Assembly: GCF_006345805.1 (NCBI RefSeq)
Contig: NC_043002.1
Location: 26,350,001-26,414,000 of the forward strand
Length of the DNA: 64,000 nt
Source: Octopus sinensis
Lineage: Eukaryota
Reading direction: 5' to 3'
Below are positions 38,778 to 51,639 of this stretch, in pieces. How positions within the stretch are numbered: the stretch's first letter is position 1; every line of letters starts with the position of its first letter. Both the position numbers and the translations under genes were made by a program. The notes beneath the pieces are model-generated. The model saw nothing but the letters and a program-made list of their open reading frames with translations, was not told the origin of the DNA and did not search any database.

Positions 38778-39883
38778 GTCTGAGGCCGAGGAAGGGCGAA
38801 TGGCACCGCGAGTGTCGCGTTGCTCTCAAGCAACTGTGCCGTCCTGGGTCGACCTTGAGTGACTTCAACACAACCAAAGCATTCTATAGGGGTTTAGTGG
38901 AGGGGAGGTACGACGACAAGCTCGGGGCGAACCTGGACGTCGACGAGGAGTACCTGACCCGCCTGTTCAGGACGAATTTCGGACCAGGGCCCAAGAACAA
39001 CTTCCAGAGATCCCTGGCCTGGCAGTGCTACCGAGAAGCGCAACCCGTTCGGGATAAGCTCTACAGACACGGCTCGAGAAACACGGGGCCGACCTGCCCG
39101 AGATGCGGTCAGAGCGACGAAACCGTTCTGAACGCACTCGTGCAGTGTCCAACAATTTCCGACCTGTGGGCTTATGTCGAACAACTGCTGTCACGTGTGG
39201 GACGAGTCGGTTTATCAGCTGAGTCTATCGTCAATATTGTCACGCCTCCTTCCTTCAAACGGGAAGGAAGAGCTATTTTCATCATCCTTGTGGCTATGGC
39301 GAAAGAATGTATCTGGTGGACGCGTCTGAAAGGATTGGAGACAACACTTTCCTCTCTGGTCAATCTCTCATCAACTTCTTCAAGTACCACTTGAAAAGGA
39401 AAGTGAGAGTAGAGTGGCAAGTTTTGTCTAGCGAATGTTTTAAAAAAAGATGGGTGAATGTAGCAAGAATGGCACGTATGAATGACGAAGCCACCTTGAG
39501 CATGATCCTATGAACCCAGAAATTGAAAACAGAGAGTTGCTTAATCGCAAAAAAAAAAAAAAAAGAAATATAACATGTGACTCCATTGACCGAGGTTACC
39601 GTGGTCTTTTCCGTAGGCATTTCTTTCCACGGGTAAACCTCACCTGTTCTCCCCTTTACACTTCATATTGACATTTCTGTGATAACGATCCCTATTGATC
39701 AATTTTTTTTTCCTCTCCCCCCCTTTTTTTAACCCCCCCTTTTTGTCCTCTTTCTCTCCTTTTACGATCCCTTTTGATCGAAACTCCCCCTTCCTTTTTT
39801 TTTTTTTTTAACCTTCAAAAGAAAAGATCTACCTTGTAATTTGTTCTATCTGTGTGCAGCCCTGTGTGGCTAATAAAGAAACA

Positions 39884-39884
<1 letters not shown>
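38778..39884 (+). mobile_element. 5'-truncated L1/Tx1-clade LINE (ORF2 C-terminus with zf-RVT) + 3' UTR
   Basis: ORF 38855-39394: FQRSLAWQCYREAQPVRDKL…TCPRCGQSDETVLNALVQCP…LWAYV (zf-RVT pattern), continuing after a frameshift to a stop at 39513. A16 at 39549-39564, AATAAA at 39872, (ATCT)n on both flanks. Confidence 0.88.
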
Positions 39885-39966
<82 letters not shown>

Positions 39967-40791
39967 ATAGCTGGCTAGCTATAGTGGAGTGTTTCTCATA
40001 GACAGGAATGGTTGTGAGCTCTGATAGGAAAGTGTTGGAAAATTACCTTATTTTATAAAATTCAGATGGCTTTTATAGCCATAAATCTTAAGGTATCAAG
40101 AATCTGCATGGAGAAGAGGTAATTCAATGGAGACTCTAATTTATAAAGAAACATATTTTTTTTTACCTTTTACCCGTTTCAATCATTGGTCTGTGATCAT
40201 GCTCGGGCACAACGACAAACACATACATTCACACATACATACATATATTCTTGAAGTCACAAGAATTTTATTAACTTTCGAGTGAACGTGAAATAAATAA
40301 TTTTTGCAACAGTATATCTCGAAGCACACATATGTCATGTCTACAGCAGATATTTGCTCATGTTTCGCAGACAAATCTCGTTCTACTGTCCAAAACTGTA
40401 TTTCAAACCAATATTTACATGGTAAATTATATAACTTTATGCGTAGGTTTCGAGAAAATAATATTCCTAAAAATTATTGTTCTATTTTGTCTCGAAACTT
40501 TAAAAAATTCTAGTGACGTTAGACACGTCTGATCTTTGTTACCAATTTTTTCGGATCTTGTAGAATCGCATATGCTCGGAACGTAAATGACATTTTCCTA
40601 AGCATAAAGCTAATACATTGTTTGTTCTTTCTATCTCTTCGTGTAACTTTTAAATTTTTGCACCGCACACACACACACACACCACACACACACACCACAC
40701 ACACACACACACACCACATAATATATATATATATATATGTGTGTGTGTATGTGTGTGTGCATGTATGTATATATTTATATATATGGTTATA

Positions 40792-40846
<55 letters not shown>

Positions 40847-40847
<1 letters not shown>

Positions 40848-40997
40848 CGATGGGCTTCTTTTAGTTTCCGCCTACCAAATCCACTCACAAGGCATTGGAC
40901 GGCCCGAAGCTATAGTAAAAGACACTTGCCCAATGTGTGGGACTTGACCCGAAAACCAAGTGGTTGAGAAGCAAGCTTCTTACTGCACAACCATGTG
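40847..40997 (-). mobile_element. SINE family S1
   Basis: rc homology to 43868-44030. Confidence 0.8.
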
Positions 40998-41009
40998 CAT
41001 ATATATATA

Positions 41010-41106
<97 letters not shown>

Positions 41107-41139
41107 GTATGTATGTATGCATGTATATATATAAAGTTA

Positions 41140-41320
41140 ATCCAAACAAGAAAGCACAAAAAACACAACAACACGAGGACGTGGAACAAATATAGTATTA
41201 TTGGACGCTCAGGAAAGAAGGATAGAAGGAGGGTTTAACGTTTCGAGCGGAGCTCTTCGTCGGAAACATAAGAGAAGGGAAAACAGAGGGAAAAAAATCG
41301 CCAACGGCACACACAACGTA
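41140..41320 (-). mobile_element. Penelope-like terminal repeat (pLTR family 2)
   Basis: Layout like family 1 (ribozyme motif followed by CTGAGCGTCC…TAATAC); second copy at 13458-13560. Confidence 0.65.
41233..41267 (-). ncRNA. Minimal type-I hammerhead ribozyme motif (U4C)
   Basis: Minus strand GTTT-CCGACGA-A-GAGC-TCC-GCTC-GAAA-CGTT-AAAC: 4-bp helix I, 4-bp helix II, palindromic ACGT helix III, GUU site. Confidence 0.65.
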
Positions 41321-41342
41321 ACATATATATATATATGTATTA

Positions 41343-41383
<41 letters not shown>

Positions 41384-41849
41384 TGTGTATACATAAAATA
41401 TACAACGGCTTTCGTTTAGTTTTCCTAGGTTAAATCTAAGGCTTTGGTGCGCCCGGGGCTATAGCAGAAGACATTTTTCCCAAAATACCATGGAATCTGC
41501 ACTGAATCTATGGCCACATAACTTCAGGAATCGGGAAGTTATGCAGTCCTACCTGTCCTAATAGGTGCAAATTTCTTTAATATATTTCAGTTTTCTTTCA
41601 CTTCTCAAGGCTGAAAGCCATAGGCGTCACAAATCCTTCGGCGACTTACAAAATACAATGGAATACTTAATGTATGCACCTACCATAAAAAAGTGATTTG
41701 GACTGCCTAAATTTCGTCAGGAAACTATATTAAAAACTGAAAACAAAGTCAGTGCTTTTAGAGAGGAAAGGGATTTATATCTAATCGCTAAGATTTCAGA
41801 AAGCAAGGAACTAAACCGACGCATTGGATATTGTTGTAATAGACAACAT

Positions 41850-41896
<47 letters not shown>

Positions 41897-42011
41897 TTAC
41901 TACTACTACTACCAATATTATTGTAGGTGTGTCTGTTGCGTATATATTTATAGCAATATTTTAATAAACATGTATGGATATATGTATGTATATATATATA
42001 TATATACATAC

Positions 42012-42050
<39 letters not shown>

Positions 42051-42395
42051 CATATACCTATATATATATACATACATACATATATACATACATACATATA
42101 TTTTTTTTTCTCTGGTTTCAGCTCAGAGCTGTATCCATGCTGATGCACCACCGTTTTGCTACAATGGTATTACTATATCTATATATATATATTATATATA
42201 ATATATATATATACACTTTTTGCTCGTCTAAATTGCGGTGCACCAGCATGGCCGCAGTCAAATGACTGAAGCAAGAAAAGAATAAAAACGTATACACACA
42301 CACACACACACATACACAAACACACACACAGGCTTATATGCTCACGCATGAAGGTTCGTAGTCTTATGGTGGCTTATAGGATCATGATATGTAAT

Positions 42396-42495
42396 NNNNN
42401 NNNNNNNNNNNNNNNNNNNNNNNNNNNNNNNNNNNNNNNNNNNNNNNNNNNNNNNNNNNNNNNNNNNNNNNNNNNNNNNNNNNNNNNNNNNNNNN
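42396..42495. other. Assembly gap (100 N)
   Basis: Run of N; adjacency across it is not sequence-proven. Confidence 0.99.
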
Positions 42496-42586
42496 TGGTG
42501 ACTTGAACTCAGATTGAAATAGCCGGGACGATACCGGCATATCACTCGCTCACGCATACATACAGATACATACTCATACGTATATA

Positions 42587-42805
42587 CGAGGGGTACTGAA
42601 AGGTTCCTGGTTTTGGGTAAAAGTATATACAAGAGAATCAGTTAATAATGATTTTATTCATGATATTCCCCTCTCAGATTCACACAGTTATTGTAGTTAT
42701 TCCTCCAGGTTCTTTCTAAGCCCTGTAAAACAATTCGGAAGGTTGAGCTTCAAACCAGATTTTTAACGATATCCTTAAAGCCAGGAACTTTTCAGTACTT
42801 CCTGG
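42587..42805. mobile_element. Mariner-type MITE, complete
   Basis: TA-flanked TIRs CGAGGGGTACTGAAAGGTTCCTGG / CCAGGAACTTTTCAGTACTTCCTGG; 219 bp, non-coding. Confidence 0.85.
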
Positions 42806-43574
42806 TATATATACTCGAGTTACAAACCAAGCAAGTAGAGGCTATGTGGTTTCGAGTCCAGCTAGAAATTGTTGTCTAATTTATCTCTGGTCAGCTTAGC
42901 ACCTTAAACTAACAATAGATATATTATAGCCGTCATAGAATATTTGAACAGACGGGAGATAACCATTGTTGGAACGCATTTCATGATATGTACGTTTTGC
43001 TTGTTCAGAGTTGTCATGGGGTTAGATAACAATAGCAGCTACTCGTATTTTATTACTCATCTATAGAGAGATTTTATGGCTGATCAATATACTAGAAATA
43101 GCTGCTAAATCTCCTCCAAATGGCACATTACATTCTTAACTAGGGAAATGACATTATCGGCAATGTAGAGTTATGTATAGAGATTAGGCAGGGAGGTCAT
43201 GGTTGGAATACATATTTTTATAAATCTGTTCGGCTGGACTAATGCTGAGTTAAGTTCAGAAAGATACGAGCATTAAAACTATTTACAGAAATAGCAATAA
43301 CTTTAAGAACTATATCAATAACAACTACAGTACAACCAAATATGTAGCTATACGGCATTCTCAGCCTCCAATAAATAGCAACCAAAATCCCCTTTCCGAT
43401 CACACAATAGTATTGTAAGTTTGAAAAGAACATACCTGGACGATATACAAAATTATAAGTTTGGGTGGATGTGCGTGTGCGGCGATGTGTGTGAGCGTAA
43501 GCGTGAAATCGTGAGCGTGTGTTGTGTGTGTGTGTGTGTGAGTAATGTATGAATCATTTATCCATTACTTTTTA

Positions 43575-43760
43575 ACTTTTACTTCTTTCAATCATTGAAC
43601 TGAGACCATGCTGGGGTACCGGCGTGAAATGTTTAAGTTGAACTGATTGACACCTGTATTGATTTTAAAACTGTCATTTATTCCGTCGCTCTATTTTTGC
43701 CAAACAATCTAATTTACGTTGACGTAAACAAACCAATACCGCTTGTCAAGCTATGTGGGG
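43575..43760 (-). mobile_element. SINE 3' module S2
   Basis: rc homology to 44075-44260. Confidence 0.65.
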
Positions 43761-43831
43761 ATGGTGGCAAACAAAGACACAAACAAAGACACAAAGACAC
43801 AAAGACACACACACCACACACACGTATGCAT

Positions 43832-43867
<36 letters not shown>

Positions 43868-44265
43868 GGCGCAGGAGTGGCTGTGTGGTAAGTAGCTTGA
43901 TAACCACCACATGGTTCCGGGGTTCAGTCCCACTGCGTGGCACCTTGGGCAAGTGTCTTCTGCTATAGCCCGGGCCGACCAATGCCTTGTGAGTGGATTT
44001 GGTAGACGGAAACTGAAAGAAGCCCCTCGTATATATGTATATATATATATATATGTGTGTGTATGCTTGTGTGCCCCAACATTGCTTGACAACCGATGCT
44101 GGTGTGTTTACGTCCCCGTTACCTAGCAGTTCGGCAAAAGAGACCGATAGAATAAGTACTGGGCTTACAAAAGAATAAGTCTCGGAGTCGAGTTGCTCGA
44201 TTAAAGGCGGTGCTCCAGCATGGCCGCAGTCAAATGACTGAAACAACTAAAAGAGTAAAAGGGAG
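43868..44265 (+). mobile_element. Composite SINE: S1 (tRNA head) + (TA)n(TG)n + S2
   Basis: A-box TGGCTGTGTGG, B-box GGTTCAGTCC, body to GAAACTGAAAGAAGCC, microsatellite, then GCTTGACAACCGATGCTGG…ATGACTGAAAC…AAAAGAG tail. Confidence 0.9.
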
Positions 44266-44838
44266 AGTATATATTACACGACGGTCTTCCGCACAGTTTC
44301 AGTCTACCAAATTCACTCTCAAAGCACTGGTCAGCCGGACCCTAATGTGGAAGACATCCTAGGTGTCGCGCAGTGTGACTGATGCTGAAACCATGTGGTT
44401 GCAATGTAAACTTCTGAACCACACAACCATGGCTGCCCTTATGCACACAATATGCGTAGTACGCTCGAATAATTAAAAACTTTGCTTCGCAACTCCAATT
44501 TCGTGCACATCTCGTAAGCTCTTCCCTAAACGTGCTTTGCTAACCTTAGATAGACCCATAACATGCTCCTGAAATTAGTTAAATGAAGACTGTATAGAAG
44601 CCCGTCAGGTGGATGGTTAAAAAAATATCCAAAGGCACAGCCTTGTCACTGTATTACACTGATTCTACCTGAGAATTATGTTAATGGTACACATGTCAGT
44701 TGAATGCGTTACCACTTTACATGTTAATTCAGAAGTTAGTTGCGCATGCAAGTGAACTCCTGAATCTTTATCGTCAAACGACGGAGATCCACCACTCGAT
44801 CTGTATGCATTTATGTATGTGCATACGTATAAAAAATA

Positions 44839-45084
44839 AATGCACTCTTTTAAAGCCTAGGCAGGCTAATGGGCCCGGTTTCCCGGTTTCTATGGCGTAT
44901 GTGATCCCCATCTGGACGGGACGCCAGTCCATCCCAGCATTACCCATTTTTGCCAGCTGAATGGACTGGAGCAACGTGAAATGAAGTGTTTTGCTCAAGA
45001 ACACAACGTGTCACCCGGTCCAGGAATCGAAACCACATCTTACGATCATGATGCTGACACCCTACCCCTAAACCACGCGCCTCC
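44839..45084 (-). mobile_element. S4-related SINE with alternative tail
   Basis: rc head with GGTTTCGATTCC B box, GTGTTCTTGAGCAAAACAC central domain and a GGACTGGCGTCCCGTCCAG tail. Confidence 0.75.
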
Positions 45085-45930
45085 ACATGTGCATATATAT
45101 ATGCCTACATAATTACACATATGTATGTGAGTGTGCATGTATGTATGTTTATATGTGTGTACGTATGTGTGTATGTATTTATGTATCTCTGTATTTATGG
45201 ATAGATAGATGGATATACATGCGATATATACACATAGGTTAGTCATACCGGTGTAGCCTTCAATTCACGTCCATAAACTTCTAGATCAACTAATAAAATG
45301 AAAATGCAGCTAAATTTTATTTCGTCGTTTTTTACAACTTATTGTTAAAAGAAAAAAAAAAAGAATGAAGAGAGAAACTTGAGAATGAGATTTAGAAATA
45401 TAATATGAGTATGGGGATAAAGTCATCCAAAAATGATAAATATAAACAAGAAGAACTTACGAAATGATAAGAAAAGGAATAAAACCTGCTTGTGAAATAC
45501 CAGATGACAATTTGGAATAAAAGGTAGTAAATGTGAATAAAGAATTAGAATTGGAATAAAAGATTAGAAGTGGAATAAAATACGGGAATAGGAGTAAAAG
45601 TTGATAAAGAGAAGCCAGAAAGTAGCCAAAAAGAGAGAAAGAAAAGAGAATGGATATAAAGAACGAAAATGTGGAATAAAAGATAAGAAAATATAAAAGA
45701 CATGGTAAGAATGAAAATAAAAGTGAGATTTTGAAATAAAAGAGGTATTTCCTGAATTGAAATGAAATGTAAGTGTGAGACTAAAAAGATGAGAAAGCGA
45801 ACGAGAATAAAAGTTGGTAATAAACACAAAAATAGTTACGAAGACTTACCGTGTGCTGTAATCAAAAGTATCCGAATGTAAATCGATTCCTTACAGGAAA
45901 TACTAATGTCAAACTTTACCCTGTATATAT

Positions 45931-45986
<56 letters not shown>

Positions 45987-46120
45987 AATATATGTATAAT
46001 GTGTATGCGCGTGTATGTGTGTGTATGTGTGTTAGTAAAGATGTTCAGATATTTGATCAAGTATAGGTATGTTTACCTCATATACTATGTCAAATAGATA
46101 ATCCCTTTCAGAGAATACTG

Positions 46121-46171
<51 letters not shown>

Positions 46172-46988
46172 TATGTATATTTGTATAATGTATTATATTA
46201 GTTTATGCATATAATGTATATATATATATATGTATATTTACACGCACATACGTATGTGTGTGTGTGTGTGTGCGTGTATGTATGTGTCCGTGTTTGTGTG
46301 AGTGTGTGTATATATATTCTCGGCAAATGCCGTATCAGAGCAATCTAATAATGGTGCACATCTTTGTTACATCCTTCGTGAAAAATCAGTCTTTTAGCAT
46401 CAACACACACACACGCGCGCCCACATAGATATCACATAACACAGTCCGGACACATATTCACTGACACTATACATGTATACGTGTGAGTGTGTGTGTGTGT
46501 ACGAATATATATGCAGAGAGAGGATAGATAGATAGATAAATAGATAGATAGATAAATAGATAGATAAATAGATAGATACATAAATAGATAGATAGATGTA
46601 GATACGGACAGGGGCGGAGAGAGAGAAGAGAGAGAGACAGACAGAACGTGTGGAAGAGAGGAAGGCGGAAGCGGATTTGAAGATGTAAACTTTTGCTGTC
46701 TGCGCTAAAGTTGTAAGAACCTCTGTCTATACTGACGCCCAGTGATTGATGTCAAAGGTTATAGTGTAAGTGATGGAATCGATGGCTTGAGGTGTCCCCT
46801 ACCGAAGCAAAATGCCTTTTCATGCAGTCGCTGTGCTGCTGCTGCTGCTGCTATTACTACTGCTATTATTACAAGAAGAATATTAATATATACATATATA
46901 ATATATATATATATAATATATATATATACACACTTTACTCTTTTACTTAGTATTTATATATACCTTATCAATATCTATCTATCTATTA

Positions 46989-47062
<74 letters not shown>

Positions 47063-48183
47063 ATTATCTATCTATCCATATCTATAGTGTCTGACCTATC
47101 AAACCCTTAAGTAAATACACTGATTTCTATGAAAAATACATGTGTGCGTGTGTGTGTGTGTTTGTGTGTGTGCCTGTATATATAAACGATATGTATTATT
47201 TACTACAATATATTCACAGATTCATAATATCATATAGGTTAAAGATCAGTCGATTAATCATATGAAGATATATATATGTGTATGTGCGTGAGTATATGTG
47301 TGTGTATGTGTGTGTATTTAAGTATTTATAAGCCTGCACGTACCACACATGACTACATACAGTATATATAAAATATAACGTGAAGTATTTATGTATATAT
47401 GTATGTATATATGTAAGTATGTAGTCATGAATGCATGTGCATGTATTTGTATCTATTTATATATGTATCTATTTCAGTGCTGTGTCATCAGAATATAATT
47501 AAAGCATGTGTCTGTTTATACAACTTCATCCTCCGTGTCTGCTATCAGAGAGTGCGACTACTCCAGCGCTGTGTTTTCTGTTTGCTTCGCGTGATTATTC
47601 GAACAATAATGATGTGTTTAATGTGGATTTCTTAAATTATCACCTCGCATTGGCTCACCGTCATTTAAGACGGTGGTTGCTTGACCTTCTAGGAATCATA
47701 TTTATATTTACCTGAATTCCCACGCGGCTATTTAAAAAAAAAAAAATTGAGAAGAAAATTTTATTAAAGCATTCTCGGAAACTGTCAGTCTCTTTAAACA
47801 CACACACACAACGTATACATACATACACTCATATACTTATATATATATATACACACTCACACTCACATAGGCACGTACGCACATACACATATACACACAG
47901 ATACGAAGACACACGTGCATTCAAATACGAGTGAGGCGCAGCTGGAACGCTTTCCTGATAAGTTTGGTCAATGATTAAAGTTTATAGGGAATTAGAAATA
48001 AACAGCAAAACCACAGGTGGGCTGAGCTGTAAGAAGCTTATTTCGAATTACACATAGTCTCATGCACATGCAGAAATATATGTATATGTCTGTAAGCACA
48101 TCACTCGCGCACACACTAACACAGACCCAATAACACACGCACACACACGCATATATGTATATATATATATATATGTATGTATG

Positions 48184-48220
<37 letters not shown>

Positions 48221-48306
48221 GTGTATATAGACTACGTATATATAGATATATAGAAATACATATAAAAATGTGCAAATGTAATTCATATATATAATTTATT
48301 TATATA

Positions 48307-48460
48307 GGCGCAAGCATGGCTGTGTGGTAAGTAGGTTGCTTCTCAACTACATGGTTCCGCGTTCAGTCCCACTGGCGAAGTGTTTTCTACTATAGCCTCG
48401 AGCCGACCAAAGCCTTGTGAGTAGATTTGGTAGCCGGAAACTGAAAGAAGCCCGTCGTAT
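48307..48460 (+). mobile_element. SINE family S1
   Basis: GGCGCAAGCATGGCTGTGTGGTAAG…GGAAACTGAAAGAAGCCCGTCG. Confidence 0.85.
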
Positions 48461-48477
48461 ACATGTATATATATATA

Positions 48478-48562
48478 TAACGGGAAGCTTTATGAAAATA
48501 AACAAAAGACGAAGGCAGGTGGAAAACAAACGAACAATTGTATTAGTATGGCGCTCAGGAAA
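48478..48562 (-). mobile_element. pLTR family 1, 3' fragment
   Basis: rc of 13328-13416 (CCTGAGCGCCATACTAATAC…CCCGTT). Confidence 0.75.
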
Positions 48563-48593
48563 TATATATATATATATATAATATATATATATA

Positions 48594-48977
48594 TCTTTAT
48601 ATATAAAAGTCAAGTTGTGTGTCTGTCTCCTAACTACTCCCGCATTTTGCGATGCAGTTTAACCAAAACCGGGTATCTTATAGTCGTGAGTCATATCGAG
48701 CCCTTCTGGGTATTAGCGCGCGTCTACGATGAGCCTACGATAAAAAAAATGAATTACCATAATTTTTTTCCATTTTAATGCATTTTTTCGCTATTGTATA
48801 AGGGAAGTAACTCTCTAAAAATGACTACGATGAGTCAACGATTTAAAAAAAAAACTACCATCATTTTTTTTTCCATTTTTAATGCATTTTTTTGCTATTT
48901 TTTGGCTATAACTCTCTAAAAATGCTTATATAGTTATTTCCCTTACAAACCCGAGCAACGCTGGGCGATACTGCTAG
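48594..48977 (+). mobile_element. Non-autonomous Helitron
   Basis: Starts TC after A, ends CTAG before T (A|T target), with a sub-terminal hairpin CCCGAGCAACGCTGGG (48950-48965) 12 nt before the end; internal ~95-bp direct repeat. Confidence 0.8.
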
Positions 48978-49029
48978 TATATATATATATATAAGAATGA
49001 ATGTTTTTATATATAATGAACGTGAAATA

Positions 49030-49620
49030 CAGGAAGGGACGAACGCGGAACACAGACAAATCATTCGAAGCCTTCAATCTTCAGTCAGACACCGAATCAT
49101 CATAGCAAATTTCGGCTGTTCATTCTGATATTGCTCCAACTCGCCAGCCCCAAGAAAAAAACTAAGCTGTAAGCATTAGATTTCTTGGTAGAAGAAGGGT
49201 GAACGCACAAGACGGATGTGAATACAAGAGACGAAAACGAAATTGAAAACAGTAATGAAAACAAATATATATAACGGTGGTTGTCATACGACTTTAGACC
49301 AAATGAGACAAAACAACAACACATAGCAGCTGGCGTAGAATAATTACCGTTTCGGTGCGGGGACACATGTTGGTCGAGAAGGCCAACAGAATGGTTGAAG
49401 AAGCAGCAGGTCGCAGGAGAGAGAGAAGAAGAGAGACAGAGAGAGAGGGAATCAAGAGAGGGTGGAAGGCAGGGGACAGAATCAGTGACCAAGAGAAAAG
49501 GAGAAAGAAGGGATTAAGGAGGATGGGAGGAAGAGGGAGGAGGATGGAGGAGAGAGAGGGGAAGAATCGGAGGGCGCCAAAAAGTTGGTGAAGAAGCAAT
49601 GGCGGGTAGTAAAAGACAGT
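49030..49620 (-). mobile_element. Penelope-like 3' region/terminal repeat family 3
   Basis: GACTGAAGATTGAAGGCTTCGAATGA motif shared with 53040-53200 and 60268-60435, preceded (minus strand) by a C/T-rich tract as in 35032-35620. No ORF evidence. Confidence 0.45.
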
Positions 49621-49764
49621 GTGTATAGAAGTCGTGCAGGTTTAAAATTGGACAAAAAATTATTGCAACGTAACGCCGCAATAATATAAGAATGAATGTT
49701 TTTAATATAATGAAGTGAAATATATATTATATATATATTATATATTATATATATATAAATATAT

Positions 49765-49884
<120 letters not shown>

Positions 49885-49997
49885 TCAAACCCCTTAAGTA
49901 AAGGGAGAAAGAAAAGAAAATGGATATAAAGAACGAAAATGTGGAATCAAAGATAAGAAAATATAAAAGACATATATATGTATTTGTGTATATGTGT

Positions 49998-50185
49998 ATG
50001 TCCCCTCTACATCGCTCGACAACCGATGCTGGTGTGTTTACGTCCCCGTAACGTAGCGGTTCGGCAAAAGCAGGCGATAGAATAAGTACTAGCCTTACAA
50101 AGTATATGTCCTGGGGTCGACTTGTTCGACTGAAGGCGGTGCTCCAGCATGGCCGTCGTCAAATGACTGACACAAGTAAAAAAAA
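49998..50185 (+). mobile_element. SINE 3' module S2
   Basis: CGCTCGACAACCGATGCTGG…GGCGGTGCTCCAGCATGGCC…ATGACTGA. Confidence 0.8.
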
Positions 50186-50300
50186 AAATAAAAGTATGAA
50201 AGTATATACATATATATGTCTTTATGTGTGTCGAGTGTATGCAATCAGACGCATATATGCCTATGTGTGTATATATGCATACATACTATGTTTGTATATA

Positions 50301-50340
<40 letters not shown>

Positions 50341-51227
50341 CTACACCTCCCCCACGCGTATATGTATATATGCCTTATACCTATGCGTATTTCAGTGTTT
50401 GTATGTGTATGTGTGTGTTCCCGTTTTGTTTGCTATATATTTACTGCCTTCGCTCAAGAAGTTACTGGCAGGAAAATGGTTGGCAATTGAGGTTATCGGA
50501 CTGGTGGTATCATACTTATGACAAGGAAGTTCAAATGCGAAAGTCGAAGACATCAAACTGGAATTCTGAAAGATCTAAGTTGAAGATGAAAACTACAGAT
50601 ATCTGCATAAATATTTCAAACGAAGTGACTGGAAAGACAAAAGTGACTGCTGGAAGCCACTAGCTGCAAAGCACCGAGGTCAGCAGACATTCATGTCTAA
50701 GGAACTCTATGAAATAATTGCCAAGTAACTGCTGAGAGAGGTAGGCCAAGGAACTATAATTAGTTCATTGTTGGTTTTGTAAACAATCTTTGATGTGATT
50801 TTACTGCAATGGTTTTGTTAAACAGCGTCGATTTTTACAATTCTGTAAATAACAATAATATTAGCATTTTATAGGCTTAGAGCTTATAGCGATCACCGCG
50901 CAGTGACTAAAGGAAATAGTCATATAATGGGGCATAAAAATCGACGCTGCGTCACAATACAATCGCAGTGAAGGCACATGAAAGTTTGTCCGCAAAAACA
51001 ACTTCGAATTAATTATCGTTCTTAAATCTGACAGAATAAAGCAGGTTTGTTTATTGGTGTAATCCGTAGCACAAATGGTCGCGTTAACAAAGAGGTGTGG
51101 GTTCGCGTCCCATGCGTACGAGAAAACCTACTTTCTTCTTTTGAGGATTTATATGCCCCATTATTAGACTATTTTCTTTACTCATTGTGCTGATTAACAA
51201 AACCATCACACTGAAATATATATACTC

Positions 51228-51610
51228 TCTTATACTTGTTTCAGTCATTTGACTGCGGCCATTCTGGAGCACTGCCTTTAGTCGAGCAAATCGACCCCGG
51301 GACTTATTGTTTGTAAGCCCAGTACTTATTCTATCGGTCTCTCTTCTGCCGAACCGCTAAGTTACGGGGACGTAAACACACCAGCATCAGTTGTCAAGCA
51401 ATGCTAGGGGGACAAACACAGATACACAAACACACATACATATATACGACAGGATTCTTTCAGTTTCCGTCTACCAAATCCACTCACAAGGCATTGGTCG
51501 GTCCGGGGCTACAGCAGAAGACACTTGCCCAAGATGCCACGCAGTGGGACTGAACCCGGAACCGTGTGGCTGGTTAGCAAGCTACTTACGACTCAGCCAC
51601 TCCTGTGCCT
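51228..51610 (-). mobile_element. Composite SINE S1+microsatellite+S2
   Basis: Full rc homology to 52230-52640. Confidence 0.88.
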
Positions 51611-51639
51611 ATATATATATATATATATATATAACCACT

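Noticed and set aside
43868-43945. tRNA-like sequences at SINE heads (also 6180-6250, 25716-25805, 37455-37520, 52230-52305)
   Set aside because: A/B boxes are present but there is no closable cloverleaf, and each continues into a SINE body; not tRNA genes.
45260-45840. A/G-rich tract with recurring GAATAAAA giving F/L/I-rich minus-strand ORFs
   Set aside because: Low-complexity sequence mimicking a membrane protein.
50450-50760. Possible LINE fragment in the non-repetitive part of ORF 50106-50663
   Set aside because: No diagnostic RT, endonuclease or zinc-knuckle motif could be confirmed.
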